From assembly GCA_051294375.1 (NCBI GenBank), contig CM119267.1, forward strand, positions 6,866,550 to 6,930,549: DNA of 64,000 bases, in the 5' to 3' direction. The number at the start of each line of letters is the position of its first letter. The stretch's first letter is position 1. Below, piece by piece: positions 12,747 to 54,378 of this stretch. The position numbers were made by a program, and so were the translations under genes. Source of the DNA: Paraspadella gotoi (lineage: Eukaryota > Animalia > Chaetognatha). The notes beneath the pieces are model-generated. The model was not told the DNA's origin, made no database searches, and saw only the letters and a list, made by a program, of their open reading frames with translations.

Positions 12747-14245
12747 TCCTCTCTCTCTCTCTGTCTCTCTCTCTCTCTCTCTCTCACTCTCTTTTCTCTC
12801 TCTCACTCACTCACTCTCTCTCCCATTCATTAAATCAACACTCCATTTTGCCAGGTTATTAAAACCTTTTGGATGATGAAAGCGAAAAAAAACGGAAAAA
12901 TTGGCACCACAAAAAAAAAAAAAAATATTAAAATTTCTAGGATTCGAGTTTATTTTTTGTGTCGCGAAAATGATTCCAATTTTCTCTCTTTTTTTTTCTT
13001 TTCGTACGAAGAGAAAAAAATTTGTTCTCTTTGATTACGTTTTCAATTTTTTTTTTTTTTTTTTTTTTTTTGAAGAGAGAAAATTATGGTTTCGTGGAAG
13101 GAAACAGTGTAAGGCGTGAAATGAGAGAGAGACAGTGGGAGTGAGAGAGAGACAGAGAAGGGGAGGGAGAGAGAGAGAAAGAGAGCGAAAAGGAGAGAAA
13201 GAGCGATTGTAATCCGGCGTAGGTTCTGATTTAGAAAGGGAGTCGTCGATATGGCTTAGTCGTCGTCGTCGTCGTCGTTGTCGTTGTCGTCGTCGTCGTG
13301 AAAGTCACAATTATAAAAGTAAAATAAATTAAAATAAAAAAGCGAAAAATTAAAGAATAAATTAAAATAATAATCATTTTTAATACAGACAAAGAAAACA
13401 AAAATAAAAAAAAGATTAATTATGTTTTTAAACAAAGACTAAAAAATACAAAAAAAAACAACAAATTAAAATGCTTCATTTGATCCCAAAAAGAAAAAAA
13501 TGGAACCAAAGAAAATGGAAATGAACCATTAAAGAAAATGAAGAAAGGAATTCTCTAAAATGAAGACAAAATGAACAGAAAATTGAGACGTGAAACTCGA
13601 GGGGGAAAAAGATATGTCATTTGTTTCTTCCCACTTCGAAAGAAAATAACCACGTAATTTGTTTAAACAATAAAAATCGAGTTAGTTTAACCTCAACTGC
13701 GAGTTAGACGAAGATCGGATTCACTAGTCACGAACCAGCGATTCCTCATGCTGATCTCCGACCAGCGGTTGCTTAGAATTAATCATAATCTTTAACCTTT
13801 CTGTTACTATTTCAATGTTTTCCGAAGTAAACAATATCATAATTTATGTAAACAATAAAAAACGTAAATAAATATCGGGGAACGTCGGAGGCCAAATCTT
13901 GATCTTGACTGATTAATACGAAAAATATCTTCTTCGTTAGCGTCGGCTAATTAAAAAAAAGAAAAAAAGAAACACATTTTGGATTTCATAAAGCAACTAC
14001 AACAAAAACAATGGCAGCCATTTAAACTTGATATAACCCCTTTTAAAAATATAAAACGATTTCGGTACATCATATTTGCATTCCGCGCCATTTTTTGCGC
14101 ATCTTACACCATCAGCAATCAGCATGATACACTTTACTCTGATGAGATCCTTCTCCATCACTCATTCTCGCCTTTCTCCAGCACCTTCTCCATCAAACAT
14201 CCTCACCTTTCTCCAGCATCTTCGCAATCCTCTCCGCCTCATTCC

Positions 14246-16994
14246 TCATCCCATCTTCATATCGGCTGGGTCCTTTTCCACGTAAGACGGCTGGAGAGGG
14301 TGGAGCCCGTTCTCTCGATAGAAAGTCGTCTCGATGAGACTTCGACGGAAGTGTTTCTTCTGCGGAGTCTCGAGGACGTAACCGCGGAGGCAGCACCTGA
14401 TCAAGTGGGAGAGGAGGGAGAGTAGGCGGGGGGGGGCGGTTGTGGAAGGGTTAGTCGCAGAAGGTCGACGTCATTGCTAACCTCGTCACTTTGTTTCGTT
14501 TTATTTTTCGCAATGAAACTTGGACACATGAAACTTGGACAATGAAACTTTTGACGAGAGACTTTTTTTGACTAATAACTGATGTCACGTGATTGATATC
14601 TCGTGACTGAGACTGAAAGTAATATGCGTCTTGTGAAAAGTCTCTGGAACTCAACCTAATACTGACGTCACGTGACTGGCCTTTTACGTGAATGACGGTC
14701 TCTCGCGATTGAAGTCTCACGCCTTATGACTTGTGATCGGCGTCACGTGACTCTCGTCGTGAGACTGTGACGACTTGTCAACCAGAGTCTCTCCCCGCGA
14801 GAGAGCACCGCTTCGCGCCGTCGCGGGTGGTCGAGCGTCGACAAGTATCGATTCTCCTTTTTTCTTTTTATATTCGCGAATTCGCGTAATTTGAACTTCA
14901 TTTGCATTTTTTTCATCTAACGTCGATTTTTTTCCCTTTTTCTTCATTGCTGATTTTTTCAGTTGGAGAAAAAGAAGGAAGAAAGAGAGAGAGAGAGAGA
15001 GAGACGAGAGAGAGAGAGGAGAGAGAGAGAGAGTGCGAGATAGTGCGGAGAAACTTTCAAATATTTGAAATTTAATCTTGACAAAAAGATAAGAAAGAAA
15101 AATTCCTAGGTTCGGAAAAGGTTTTTTTTTGTTTAAAAGGATAGTGTTTTTATCTTACAAAATTACAAAATTTAAAACTTTAAAACATTTTGAGGTAGAA
15201 TGATTTAAATTTAAAAAGAGATTAAAATTATTATCCCAATTGTGTAATCCCCATCTCACGAATAAAAAAAACGAATAAGTAAAGAACTCCAACGTGACGT
15301 CACAATGATCGTACAACCAATCATCTTTGACTCAAGCAAATCGGCACCTCCCACTGAACACCTCCATCGCACCTGTGACCGTAGATGGCGCTGGTGCGAA
15401 AAGGCACGACGGCTTCGGCGTCTTCCTCGTTCAGCCTAAACGCAAATTGAGGCGTCGAATTAGAATTCCAACGCAGAAAGTCTCATTGCGACTTTTTTTC
15501 CAACCTGAGTCATTGGTTGCGTCAATAGTTGCTTACGTAGAGACATTCTGTGCGTCAGTCAATCATCCCGTCTTTTTAGCAATCACGACCTCTCTTCACC
15601 AAATCCACAAATCCACTCTACCTCAACGGATGAGGATGCAGATCCAAGTCGTTGAGCGGTCGCGAGTTGAGCTTCGGGTTGTAGCCGATGGAAGGTCGAT
15701 TGGTCCGATCGAAGATTCGGACTTCCGGGTAGCGAGACGGACCCTTGTTGAAATAGCGCTTTCGCTGCGAGTGAAGAGATAGTTGGGTCCATGTTGGACG
15801 GTAGCGGCAAATTGGGACGGAAGGGTCAGATGGGATGGGATCAAATAAGTGGTCTATTTTGTAGAATGGAAACATTCTTTGAAACGTTGATATTGAAGTA
15901 CCCTGGGAGTGAATAAAGCTACCTGATATGGTCTTATCTTGTAAGAAGGGTGGACACCTTAAACTTTAAACTTTAAACCTTAAACCCTCAACAACATAAA
16001 CTTTAAACTTTAAAGGCCTTTCCAAAGTCAGAGGTAAGATAGCTTATTTATTATATGAATGTATAATTTTTATATTGGTTTCACCAATTTCGTAACAGGG
16101 AGAAACTTTTTTTTAACTCGGTTTTTTTTTGCACATAATTTACAGTCTTAAGGCAATGGAGGGACATGTGCGATGCCTGGGGTGTGAGGCATCTCCCGAA
16201 AGCTGGCGCTCAGGGCTTTGGACCTGCAGTGACCACCCCATGTCACTGGCGTATTTATGCCGACACCATCACACTTTAACCAGCGTGACCGTGAGGGGAT
16301 TGAACCCGGAACACACGGTTGGTGAACGAGTACTTAGCTGTCCAAGCCAATGGGACGAGCTGAGTTTCACCAAGCTATACGGGAGGCGAATTTAGGATTC
16401 ACCACAGTCTCATATTGTGAAAATTTGATATTTTACGTTTGAAGAACAGTCAACGCAAAAGGCGAGCGTCTTCTTTGTGTCTCCCTCTCTAACAAGGTTT
16501 GTCAGCTTTGCTCTCATTTTCGGCGTCGCTCAAAACAAAACAAAGGAAAAAACAAAAAAATTTGAAGCTGAGAAGAGAATTAGCCTCGTTGTCGACGTCA
16601 AAACATGGCGGACCTTCATTAAGTAGAATTTTAAACAAAAGTCAACTCGAACAAAAGACGGCGACCATGACGACGATAATGACGACGATGACGACGATAA
16701 TGACGACGAAAATTACGACGAGAACGACGACGACAATAAGGACGAGAATGACGACGATGACGACGAGAATTACGACGGGAATGACGACGAGAAAGATGAT
16801 GATGACGACGAGAATGACGACGACAATAACGACGAGAATGATGACGATGACGACGAGAATTACGACGAGAATGACGACGATGACTGCAACAAGGTTGACA
16901 AGTAGAATGACAGAGATGCGGAACAAGGCTATTGATGTTTGATCGGTAAATTTTTTAATGGTTCTCTCTCTATCTCTCTCTCTCTCTCTCTCTC

Positions 16995-17071
<77 letters not shown>

Positions 17072-17328
17072 ATCTCTCTCTCTCTCTCAACTGGTACCCA
17101 GAGACCAATCGGCCCCGTCTTCTTTGTCACTGCGACTTTTGCCTGTCTGCGTTTCTCTCTCTATCATTTGTCTCTCTCTCGTTTTCTTCTCGTCCGCTCT
17201 TTTTTATCCATTTTCATGAATTATTTTAAAATTCTTCGACCGTCGTTAGAAGAAGGAGAAGGAGATAGATACAGTGAGGGAAAGAGAGAGAGAGAGGAGA
17301 GAGGGAGAGAGAGAGTGAGAGAGAGAGA

Positions 17329-17383
<55 letters not shown>

Positions 17384-17672
17384 CGCAAGAAATCCCCTCA
17401 GGTCTTGATGGTTTCTGCTTATTTCGAGCAGATGTAAACATCGAATTAGTGGTTAGGGTGCGTACAATCTTTACTCTTTCTCTTTTCTCTTCTCTCTCTC
17501 TCTCTCTCTCTCCTCTCTCTCTTCTCTCTCTCTTTCTCTCTTCTCATTTTTTTCCACACATTTTGTCCAATTTTTTTAGAACACAACTTTTGAATATTTT
17601 GAATACATCATCAAACCTATTCAGCCATTTGTTAACGCTCTTCGCAGCCAAATGTTACACATATATTCTCAT

Positions 17673-17736
<64 letters not shown>

Positions 17737-18226
17737 TCTTCTCTCTCTCTCTCTCACTCACGTCGTCGGGCGTCCGGTCTTTCCAATCGTCCCAGTCGAT
17801 CAAGTGTGAAGCGTAGATGCCCTTCGGACTGTTTACTGGGTGAAACCTTTAGGAAAAACAAAAAAACTAACGAAATAATTAATATTCACTTAATAAGTTA
17901 AAATAAAAAATAATAATAAAATGATAATAAAGACAAAAATAATTATAATAAATATATTAAAAGGATTGTCTTTATTTTTAAACTTGGATTAGTTTAAAAG
18001 CTTTCTAACATCGGAATATACAACTAAAATTCTCTCAACGAATTTTCCCATGTGGAAAATAAAAACGCACAATTTTCACGACCTCAAATCCGTGCTAAGG
18101 AACCAACTGTTGGCTCCGGTCCGCGCACCTGGCTACATCCTGTTCCAACTTCACCAAACTCTTGTAAACGAGGAGTTCCTGAACAGGAGTGAATTTCTGT
18201 CCAACGGTGATGTTGTTGGCTGGCAT
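14246..18226 (-). CDS. CFAP90: CFAP90/C5orf49 (DUF4541)-like ciliary protein, 5 exons, 179 aa
   Basis: Exons 18226-18129, 17846-17762, 15764-15622, 15435-15373, 14396-14246 join in phase at GT-AG from ATG to TGA (540 nt). Peptide ...GYNPKL...LRLNEEDAEAVVPFRTSAIYGHR...LETPQKKHFRRSLIETTFYRENG resembles remembered C5orf49 motifs YNQKL..LHVNEEE..TSSVYGKR..FYRKN. Confidence 0.75.
15897..16091 (+). repeat. Interspersed repeat family R1, copy 3, with an internal (TAAACTT)n-like expansion
   Basis: GTACCCTGGGAGTGAATAAA...CCAAAGTCAGAGGTAAGATAGCTTATT...ATAATTTTTATATTGGTT. Confidence 0.7.
16149..16406 (-). mobile_element. tRNA-headed twister element, diverged T1 relative, 258 bp
   Basis: Minus-strand ends TGTGGTGAA...TTGCCTTA; direct repeat GTCT at 16145-16148 and 16407-16410; B box GGTTCAATCCC; colinear with 33535-33791. 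Confidence 0.85.
16202..16284 (-). ncRNA. Twister ribozyme, type P5, apparently intact
   Basis: GCTGGT TAAA GTGT GA TGG TGTCGGCA TAA ATAC GC CAGTGAC-loop-GTCACTG C AGG TCCAAAGC CCT GAGC GCCAGC; T1 CCA/TGG is compensatory relative to CCG/CGG in other copies; predicted cleavage 16257|16256. Confidence 0.85.
16657..16885 (+). repeat. Degenerate (GAC/GAT)-based minisatellite (GACGACGAGAAT-like), intronic
   Basis: Direct reading. Confidence 0.85.
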
Positions 18227-18639
18227 TATCGGCGACGGCGACGACGACCACGACGAACAAGGAGAAAATCACGAGAAGAAATATCGGGCGTTCACTTCCG
18301 GTTTAAGAACCGGATGTTAAGTCTCCGTTTCGAAACCGAAACCAGTTCCGGGTTTCGAATCCAGGTTTTTGAAACCAGAAACGATTTTTTTTTTCACGGT
18401 AAGAGTTTCCAGGAAAGAATTTTTTTAAACTAAGGCTAAACGATACTCGTAGATTCAGAGTCTCTCTCTCTCTTTCTCTCTGTCTCTGTCTGTCTCTCTC
18501 TCTTCTCTCTCTTTTCTCTCTCTCTTCTCTCTTTCTCTGCCTTGTATCTCCTTTCTCCACTCTCCCTTTGCCCCTTCTTTCTGTTCAAACAAACTCCCTT
18601 TAAAATCAGTTTGAAACCGTTTACCTTTACAATCTTTCA

Positions 18640-18748
<109 letters not shown>

Positions 18749-19550
18749 GGATTTCAGTAGTAAAGGTGGTGATTTATGCTGCCCATCATTTTGAAAGAAA
18801 TGAACCTGATGGCAGGCTGCGCGGAACTGTAAAAGAGGGATGGGGGGAGGAAGATCGCTTCACTGGTGGTGACGAAGTGAGGTGGGGGGGGAATTTGCGT
18901 ACTGACAGGGATGTAGGGGACAGGAAGGGTGGCGAGGGAAGGCAAAGTCGGAACAGTAGTCAAGATGTGGGAGAAGATAGGTGAAGAACTGAAGATATTT
19001 GAGATAGGTGTTAAGTCATGTTCACAGTGAAGGTTGGTAAGTAGAAAGTGGTGAGAGGTAGCTAGAGGTCGCTTGGATACGCGATTCTCTTCGCAGGAGT
19101 GTGATGAGTCACGTCGGAAAGTAAGGTGTTTGAAGAGAACGCCATACCGCATAGAGAGATGGAGTTAGAGACTCGGTGAGGTTGCTTGTATGATGACACT
19201 GTCATACTGGATTGACGCAAGCAATAGGAAATGACGAAAGCACTCAATGATTTTTCTGGCAGAAGGTCGGGGGATAGTGACGCAGACCAAGATTCTTGTG
19301 ACGTTGCATGCGAGGTTTCAAACTGTGAAGTCGGAAGAGGAAAGGGTCGGTGAAAAGGGTTGGTGATTTGGATGGTGACGGGGCTGTCAAGATGGGGCTG
19401 GTGGGTTTCGATTCCCTCAAGCAATGGTGATGCTCATTCAAAACCGACCCGTCGGAAGGAAAACTATATTGACCGATAAATTTTCTTTCACATTTCTCAT
19501 TTTTTCTTTTGAAAAGATTCAGTTTGAAAAGAAGTTCATTCGAATTTCTA

Positions 19551-19587
<37 letters not shown>

Positions 19588-20210
19588 TTGATTTAACTCT
19601 CGATTTTAAAGTCTAAGATTTCTGAATCTCTACTGGATTCGTTTTCGATCCGCAGAAAATTTAAATTTTAGATTTATTTTTAAAACCTTTAAAAAAAAAA
19701 TACTGCCAACGGCCAAGTGAAATAAAAAAAAAATATTCAGTTTAAAAATTACCAACTTTTTAAGACAATATTTTCTTTCACCATCCCATTGTTCAACTGA
19801 AAGAGATTGTGAAAAGAAAGGACTCGGTCGGCGGAGCTAAATCTACTGGCTCGAATTTCGTCTGCCGATCGGATTGTAAAGGACGAGGAACTGTGGAACC
19901 AGTGTGGAACCAGGTCGTTAGGTCGTCAAAATATCGTCTCGTCATTCGGCCCCTTTTTTCCTCGGACACCGCGGAACCTTGCGCCGTCACTCTCCGAAAA
20001 GATTTTAGTGTAAATCTTGATACTTATTAAGTTAATATACACATTATAATTACAATTGACCAAGATAAATAACCACCCTCGGTCCCCCTACCCTTAGAAA
20101 CCCCCAACGATTTTCTCTTCTCCATTTTTACTCATCGGTTTTACGATTTTTTTTTTCCTTCGGCGCCAGAAAAAAAAACCGTGATTTTATTTTATTTCTG
20201 GTTCTTTTTT

Positions 20211-20400
20211 TTCGGTCTCCCGTCTTCAGGTTTTAGGGTCTCCAGATCCGGCTCGTAGGGCCTCTGCTTTTTACATCTTCCGGTCTTCTCTTTTTCGGTC
20301 TTTGCTTCTTCCCGTCTTCAAAAGTCCGGTCTTTGGGTTTTCCGGTCTTCTCTTTTTCGGTCTTTGCGTCTTCCGGTCTTTGCATCCTCCGGTCTTCTCT
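20211..20400 (+). repeat. Cluster of ~10 short CGGTCTT-like motifs, possibly subterminal repeats of a DNA-transposon relic
   Basis: (C/T)CGGTCTT recurs every ~15-25 bp. Confidence 0.5.
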
Positions 20401-20911
20401 CTTCTCTCCTGACTCACGCACTTTTTCGAAATCTTCGGGGATATTCATCGTCATCATCATCGTCATCATCATCGTCGTCGTCGTCATCGTCATAAACTTG
20501 ATGGGCTTCCTCCTGATTTTCAACTTAATCTTTCTCCCGATCGTCCGAATGAAAAATCGAAAGGTTCTTCTATTCCAAAAAATTAATTTGTTTAAAAAAG
20601 GATTTGTTAGTTTTAAATCGTCTTAAAATTAAAAACCGTTAAAAACCGCCCATGTTTTGCGCTTCACTCTTCAACAAAGTTGAATTTTGAAGAGAATGTT
20701 AATGTTAATGTTAATGTTAATCAGTAAAAGCAAACGTTATCAATTGAATGAAAATTTTTTTTCTAGAAAAAACATTTTCTTTGTTTGATGAAAGTAAGAT
20801 GTTCAATGTTCATGTTAGAATAGATGTTAGAATAAATGTTATTATATGAGCGCTCTATCTTCCATAATGCAATTATCCTCCACGTTATCTTGCAGCCGAC
20901 GCCGACGCAAA

Positions 20912-20942
<31 letters not shown>

Positions 20943-21095
20943 GTCGTCGTGCTTCATCGGTTCAAATAGGAGAAGTTGAGGCGGAAAATTGAAAAAAGAA
21001 AAAAGAAAAGGAATGAAAAGAGAAAAAAGAAGAAGAGAAAGAAATGTTCAGAATTCGCTGTAAAGTCTGAAGAAGTAATCAGAGAGGGAGGTGGG

Positions 21096-21164
<69 letters not shown>

Positions 21165-21280
21165 AGAACGAGAGGAATATAAAAAGAGAGAAAGAAAATA
21201 ATAAAAAAATACTATGTTAAGTTAACTTAATTAATTAATTAATTAATTAATTAATTAATTAATTAACTTAATTTTTAAAC

Positions 21281-21332
21281 TTGTCGCTGATGAAGACTGG
21301 AAGAATAAAGGAGTCGAAACATGTCCGCGAAA
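21281..21332 (+). ncRNA. Minimal type I hammerhead ribozyme relic (Penelope-like)
   Basis: CTGATGA 21287-21293, stem II GACT/AGTC, GAAAC 21316-21320, palindromic ACATGT, GTC triplet 21323-21325; stem I is weak. Confidence 0.55.
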
Positions 21333-21585
21333 CAATCAATCAATCAATCAATCAAACAATTGTACAATTCTAAAAAAAAACGTTGTTTTCGACTAACAAA
21401 ATTTTGTTTTCTCTAAATTCGAAACGCAATGAAAAAAAAAGGCGAAACACAATTTTTAAACTTGAAAAATTAATTTAATTTTGAATCTAAGCCGAAATTG
21501 GGCACTTTTCGAAAATATGGCCGAAAAAACACCTTACCCCCAACCCTTATCTCCTCTTCATTCTTCCCAAACCCCTCTCCAACAG

Positions 21586-39696
<18,111 letters not shown>

Positions 39697-39767
39697 GGCG
39701 ATGGCAAAACACAATGTGAAGAGACAGTGATAATTGTTATGTTAATGTGACAGAATCGTTCAATATA

Positions 39768-39843
39768 AGCAGTCCCTGAGCTTCGGATCAGTCTGTAACA
39801 CCATGTTACAGGCGCGTTAAGCGCCCCGTCCCTCTTAACTGCT
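39768..39843 (-). ncRNA. Twister ribozyme type P5 with unrelated stem sequences; P2 imperfect
   Basis: AGCAGTT AA GAGG GA CGG GGCGCT TAA CGC GC CTGTAACA-TGG-TGTTACAG A CTGA TCCGAAGC TCAG G GACTGCT. Confidence 0.7.
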
Positions 39844-40207
39844 AGGCGACCACCGGGTTGGTGGGTTTTAGTCCACCATAAATGTATATTAATTTAAAGA
39901 TAATTTCACTAATGAAAAATCAAGTATTATTACCTATAAATAAACCATCTTGAGAGTCTTCTGCATTTAATGATTCTTTAATTAATACGAAACATATTCA
40001 CTTTATTCAGCCCGATATTTTCTCAGAAAATCTTATTAATTCAGTGAAAAATTGATTATAAATTAGTTTAGTTTTAGTTATCTGTAGTTTAATTGTATCG
40101 GCAGGAATGATTTCTCCACTCCTTAACCCCCGACCCTCTTTTTTCCTTTCCCCCCCCTTCACCCTTTCGCCCTCTACCCCGTCGCGTCCCTTCCCTCCGT
40201 TCCCCGG

Positions 40208-41215
40208 AATGGTTCCTTCACGACCTGACTCCCCCACTCGATTCCATCCGCCCGTTGAGACGGTCCACTCGGAGACGCCCCCATCGCCGATCTTCGATCC
40301 AACGGACACCCCCACCCAGCCCGCGCCCTCCCTTCCTTTCCGGCCACGCCCTCCAACGGGATCGTCAAGTCGCTCAACTCGCGGGCGTCGTCCCTTCTGA
40401 CCCTCGGACCCTCGACGATGACGACGCCGACGACGGCCACGTCGCCGCGAGAGGGCCGTCTCTTGCCGAGCATCGCCGGCCCCTTGGCCGGCGCCGGGGA
40501 CGGGAGAGAGGAAGCGCCGGGGCGCCGGGAGTTTGGCGCGGATAACGCCGCTCTTTCCGGTAATCCCACAAGTTGAGGAAAGTTATCGATCAAAGAGGAA
40601 AGTAAAAAAAAATTAAGTATGTACTAAAAGATTGCCAACGTTTATTATACCCTGTATTGTACCCTGTTCTACAAAGTTAATCCTTTCAAAGAGGTTCTTT
40701 TTTCTTTTTTTTTTCTTTTCGTTTTTGTAACTTTGTATTTTTTATAGTTAAATAAAATAAATAAGTATAAATAAGTATAGACGAAAAGGTTTGCTTTAGA
40801 TAAAAACTTTTAAGTATTTTCCAAGTATTCAAAGTGTTCTTCTCTCCCTTCCCTCCAACCCTCTTCAACGCCCTTAAGGGTTCGACCCCCGCTCCACCAA
40901 ACCAACTCCCCGTCAATCGAGACTCGACTTCATCGGATCACAGAAGCTCCACCCGCTGCCTTCGCCGAGTCACCTCTTTCCCAACGGCGTCGGTCGTCAT
41001 GAAAACGGCGTCGCGCCGTCGCCGGTGGGAGGGGAATATCGGCGCGGCCTCGGCGGCGGAGGGGGAGACGGCGGCGGCGCCTTCGCCGGCCGCTGTACTC
41101 TGCCCGCGCGGCTCTCCGCGAGGGCGGGCATAAACGGGGACGTTGCGTCGCCGGGCTCGTTGCAGAGGGCGGCCATTCAACGAGGAGCCGTGTCCGGCGT
41201 GAAGGAAAATGAGCG
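40208..41215 (+). CDS. Probable further cytoplasmic-tail exons of the lectin-CUB receptor (structure uncertain)
   Basis: GC-rich coding-like blocks ~40208-40559 (donor GTAATC) and from ~40879 (acceptor TAAG) join in phase; the first block needs a frameshift and lacks a clean acceptor, and the stop is unresolved. Confidence 0.4.
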
Positions 41216-41265
41216 TCTCTCTTCCTCTCTCTCTCTCCGTCTCCTCTCTGCTCTCTCTCTCTCTA

Positions 41266-41306
<41 letters not shown>

Positions 41307-41461
41307 CTCTTCATCTCACTCACATTCTGTAAATGTTTTTTGTATTGCCGCAAAAGATGCACACAGAATATTATATTCCGGTGCTCATTGCGTGTTGTTG
41401 ACTGACCAAATGAGTGAATGAATGAACCTCTGTTGTTTTTTACCGGTCAGTCTTCAAGCTG

Positions 41462-41547
<86 letters not shown>

Positions 41548-42732
41548 TCTCTTCATTTTTTTAAACCTTTTTTTTTTAAAGCTTACCATATGTATCTTGT
41601 ATTCATTTGGCTATTTGAAGTTTAAAGGAGGGATCACATGGCGCAACTGACGAATCAAAATTGTTCTTAATCAATAATTAAGTCATTAATTAATTTTTAA
41701 AATTGCTGTGAGATACAGAATTTAGATTTGAAGTAAAAGGTCGCAAAGATTTTTTTTGCTTTAAATTAATTAAAATGCATTTTTAAAGAGATGCAATAAT
41801 AATTTTGTCTATCGACTTAATTTTTTCCTTTTTAACCTTCTATCCTTTTTTTTTCAGCAAAAACATTAATGATTCCTTTCTTTGTTTGCTTAAATTTTAA
41901 CTTAAAGATACTTTTTTTACTCTCACTGTCATCAAATACAAGTTTTTATACCTAACGTGATCGGACGGGTTATTTAACGAGATCTGTCTTTTCATGTTTT
42001 AATCAAATAATTTCGAATTTCTCGAAAACAATTCATTTTTGTCCATAGTTCTTTGCTGTAAAGTGCCCTTGAATTGCCGTATGTCTTTCAGTCTTACCAA
42101 AAAATAAAAAAGAATAAAAATTACATAAGTTTTTTTTTATAGTTAAGGTTTTGAGAAAAAACCGTGAAAGCAGATACGTATTAGAGCTAGTCCGATCTAG
42201 ACCTAATATGTTATATTTTAGATGTTTATTATTTATAAATTGAATTGTCATCAACCGATTTAATATAAATGTGTGTAATTGTGTATATTCTTCTCCGTCA
42301 AACAGTCAAAGCACGCATACGGCATGCGTGTCTTACGAAAAGCCGTCAAATTCCGGAGAAAAAGAGCGACCTCAGGTCACACCCGCGAAAAACAAAAGGC
42401 GCGAAAGGATAAGACAAAAAGTGGAAGGAAAAAAAAAAAAAGAAAAAAGGAGCCGAGATTTATTTTGCAGTACATTCTAGTACTTTTTGCTTAGCGATTC
42501 ATTGCATGGAACTAAAAAAAAATTAATAAATTTAAAAGGCTGTTGATGGAAGTCGTGCTATTTTTTAATTGTTAAACCAAACTTTGACTTATGCTTACAT
42601 AATTAATTATGTATTGAAAACTTCTAGGATTTCTACGAGATATGACGAAACTTTTGTAACGCGAGTTTAAATGACTTGATTGTCAACGGGAAACTTAATA
42701 AGAATCGGAAAGGGATCGACGTGACCAAAACG

Positions 42733-42746
42733 GTCGCCATAGAAAC
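42733..42746. promoter_or_regulatory. RFX X-box GTCGCCATAGAAAC, ~930 bp upstream of the SPATA18 ATG
   Basis: Matches GTYNCC-AT-RGNAAC. Confidence 0.5.
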
Positions 42747-43679
42747 GGAAACCGAATCTTAAAGTCAACAAAGTTTTACTTTTCTAACTCAAAAAGACTC
42801 TCACTTTGACATTTAACCAAAACGAACTATAAACACAAAACTCTTAGAGAAACTAAGGCCACCCTTTGCGTGTTCTATTTCTTCTTTTCAACGCAAAACC
42901 TTTTTTTTTTTCTTCAAAGAAGAAAATAGGAAGTTCTCTTGGAAAAAATCGATTTTTATTTTTTTTTCTCGCAATAGTTGACGATGCTATTTTTTTATTT
43001 TAATTTCGTCAAATTGATTTAAATATATATATATATTTTATCTCCCGCTTTTTTTTACTTCCTCGTTTACTCACCCATCCGAGCTTTTCACCAATGCCTC
43101 TCACCTCACGGCCCAAACTAAACAAGCAAATCGACGTCGCTCATGACCTACCAAGCACCCAATGCTTTCCCCGGGCATCGCGTGATTGGTGGCGAGAAGA
43201 AAAATCGATTAACTTCATTTTTTTTATTCTTTCTCTCGAGTCTAAAGCTTGCAAGTGTTATTGTCAAGCAACGTCGTTGTCGTCGTAGTCCAAACACGCA
43301 ACCGAGGCTTCTCCCTATTATTCCATCTCTCAAAGTCAAAACTTGAACAAAAGAGCCACGTCGTTTTTTTTTCCTTTCCTTCTGAGATTGAGATCTCGCA
43401 ATATGATATCTAGCTTTTAAATGTATTCCTCAGATCATTGTATGTTTAATTTTTGGAATTAAAAAAAAAAACTCTTAATTTTTAAACGATGCGATAAGAA
43501 AAATTAAAAGACAGCGAAAGAAAAAACAAAGAAAAAAACAAAAACAAAACGAAGAAATCTCGTCATCGCGGAAAACAAAATAGCAAATCGAGTATGAAGT
43601 CTTGAAGCAAAGATCGTCTTTGCTTTTGCGCCGATCGTCGACATCGTCGTCCACGAGGCCAACGACGACGACGACGACG

Positions 43680-54378
<10,699 letters not shown>

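Noticed and set aside
15327-15782. 151-aa plus-strand ORF
   Set aside because: Antisense shadow of CFAP90-like exons 3-4
16499-16942. Asp-rich or Thr/Met-rich protein
   Set aside because: Degenerate GAC repeat within a CFAP90-like intron; no credible splice sites
19060-19440. Possible CR1/L2-type LINE 3' fragment on the minus strand (RLHSLKPR...SSFPIACVNP)
   Set aside because: Similarity too short and interrupted to support without a search
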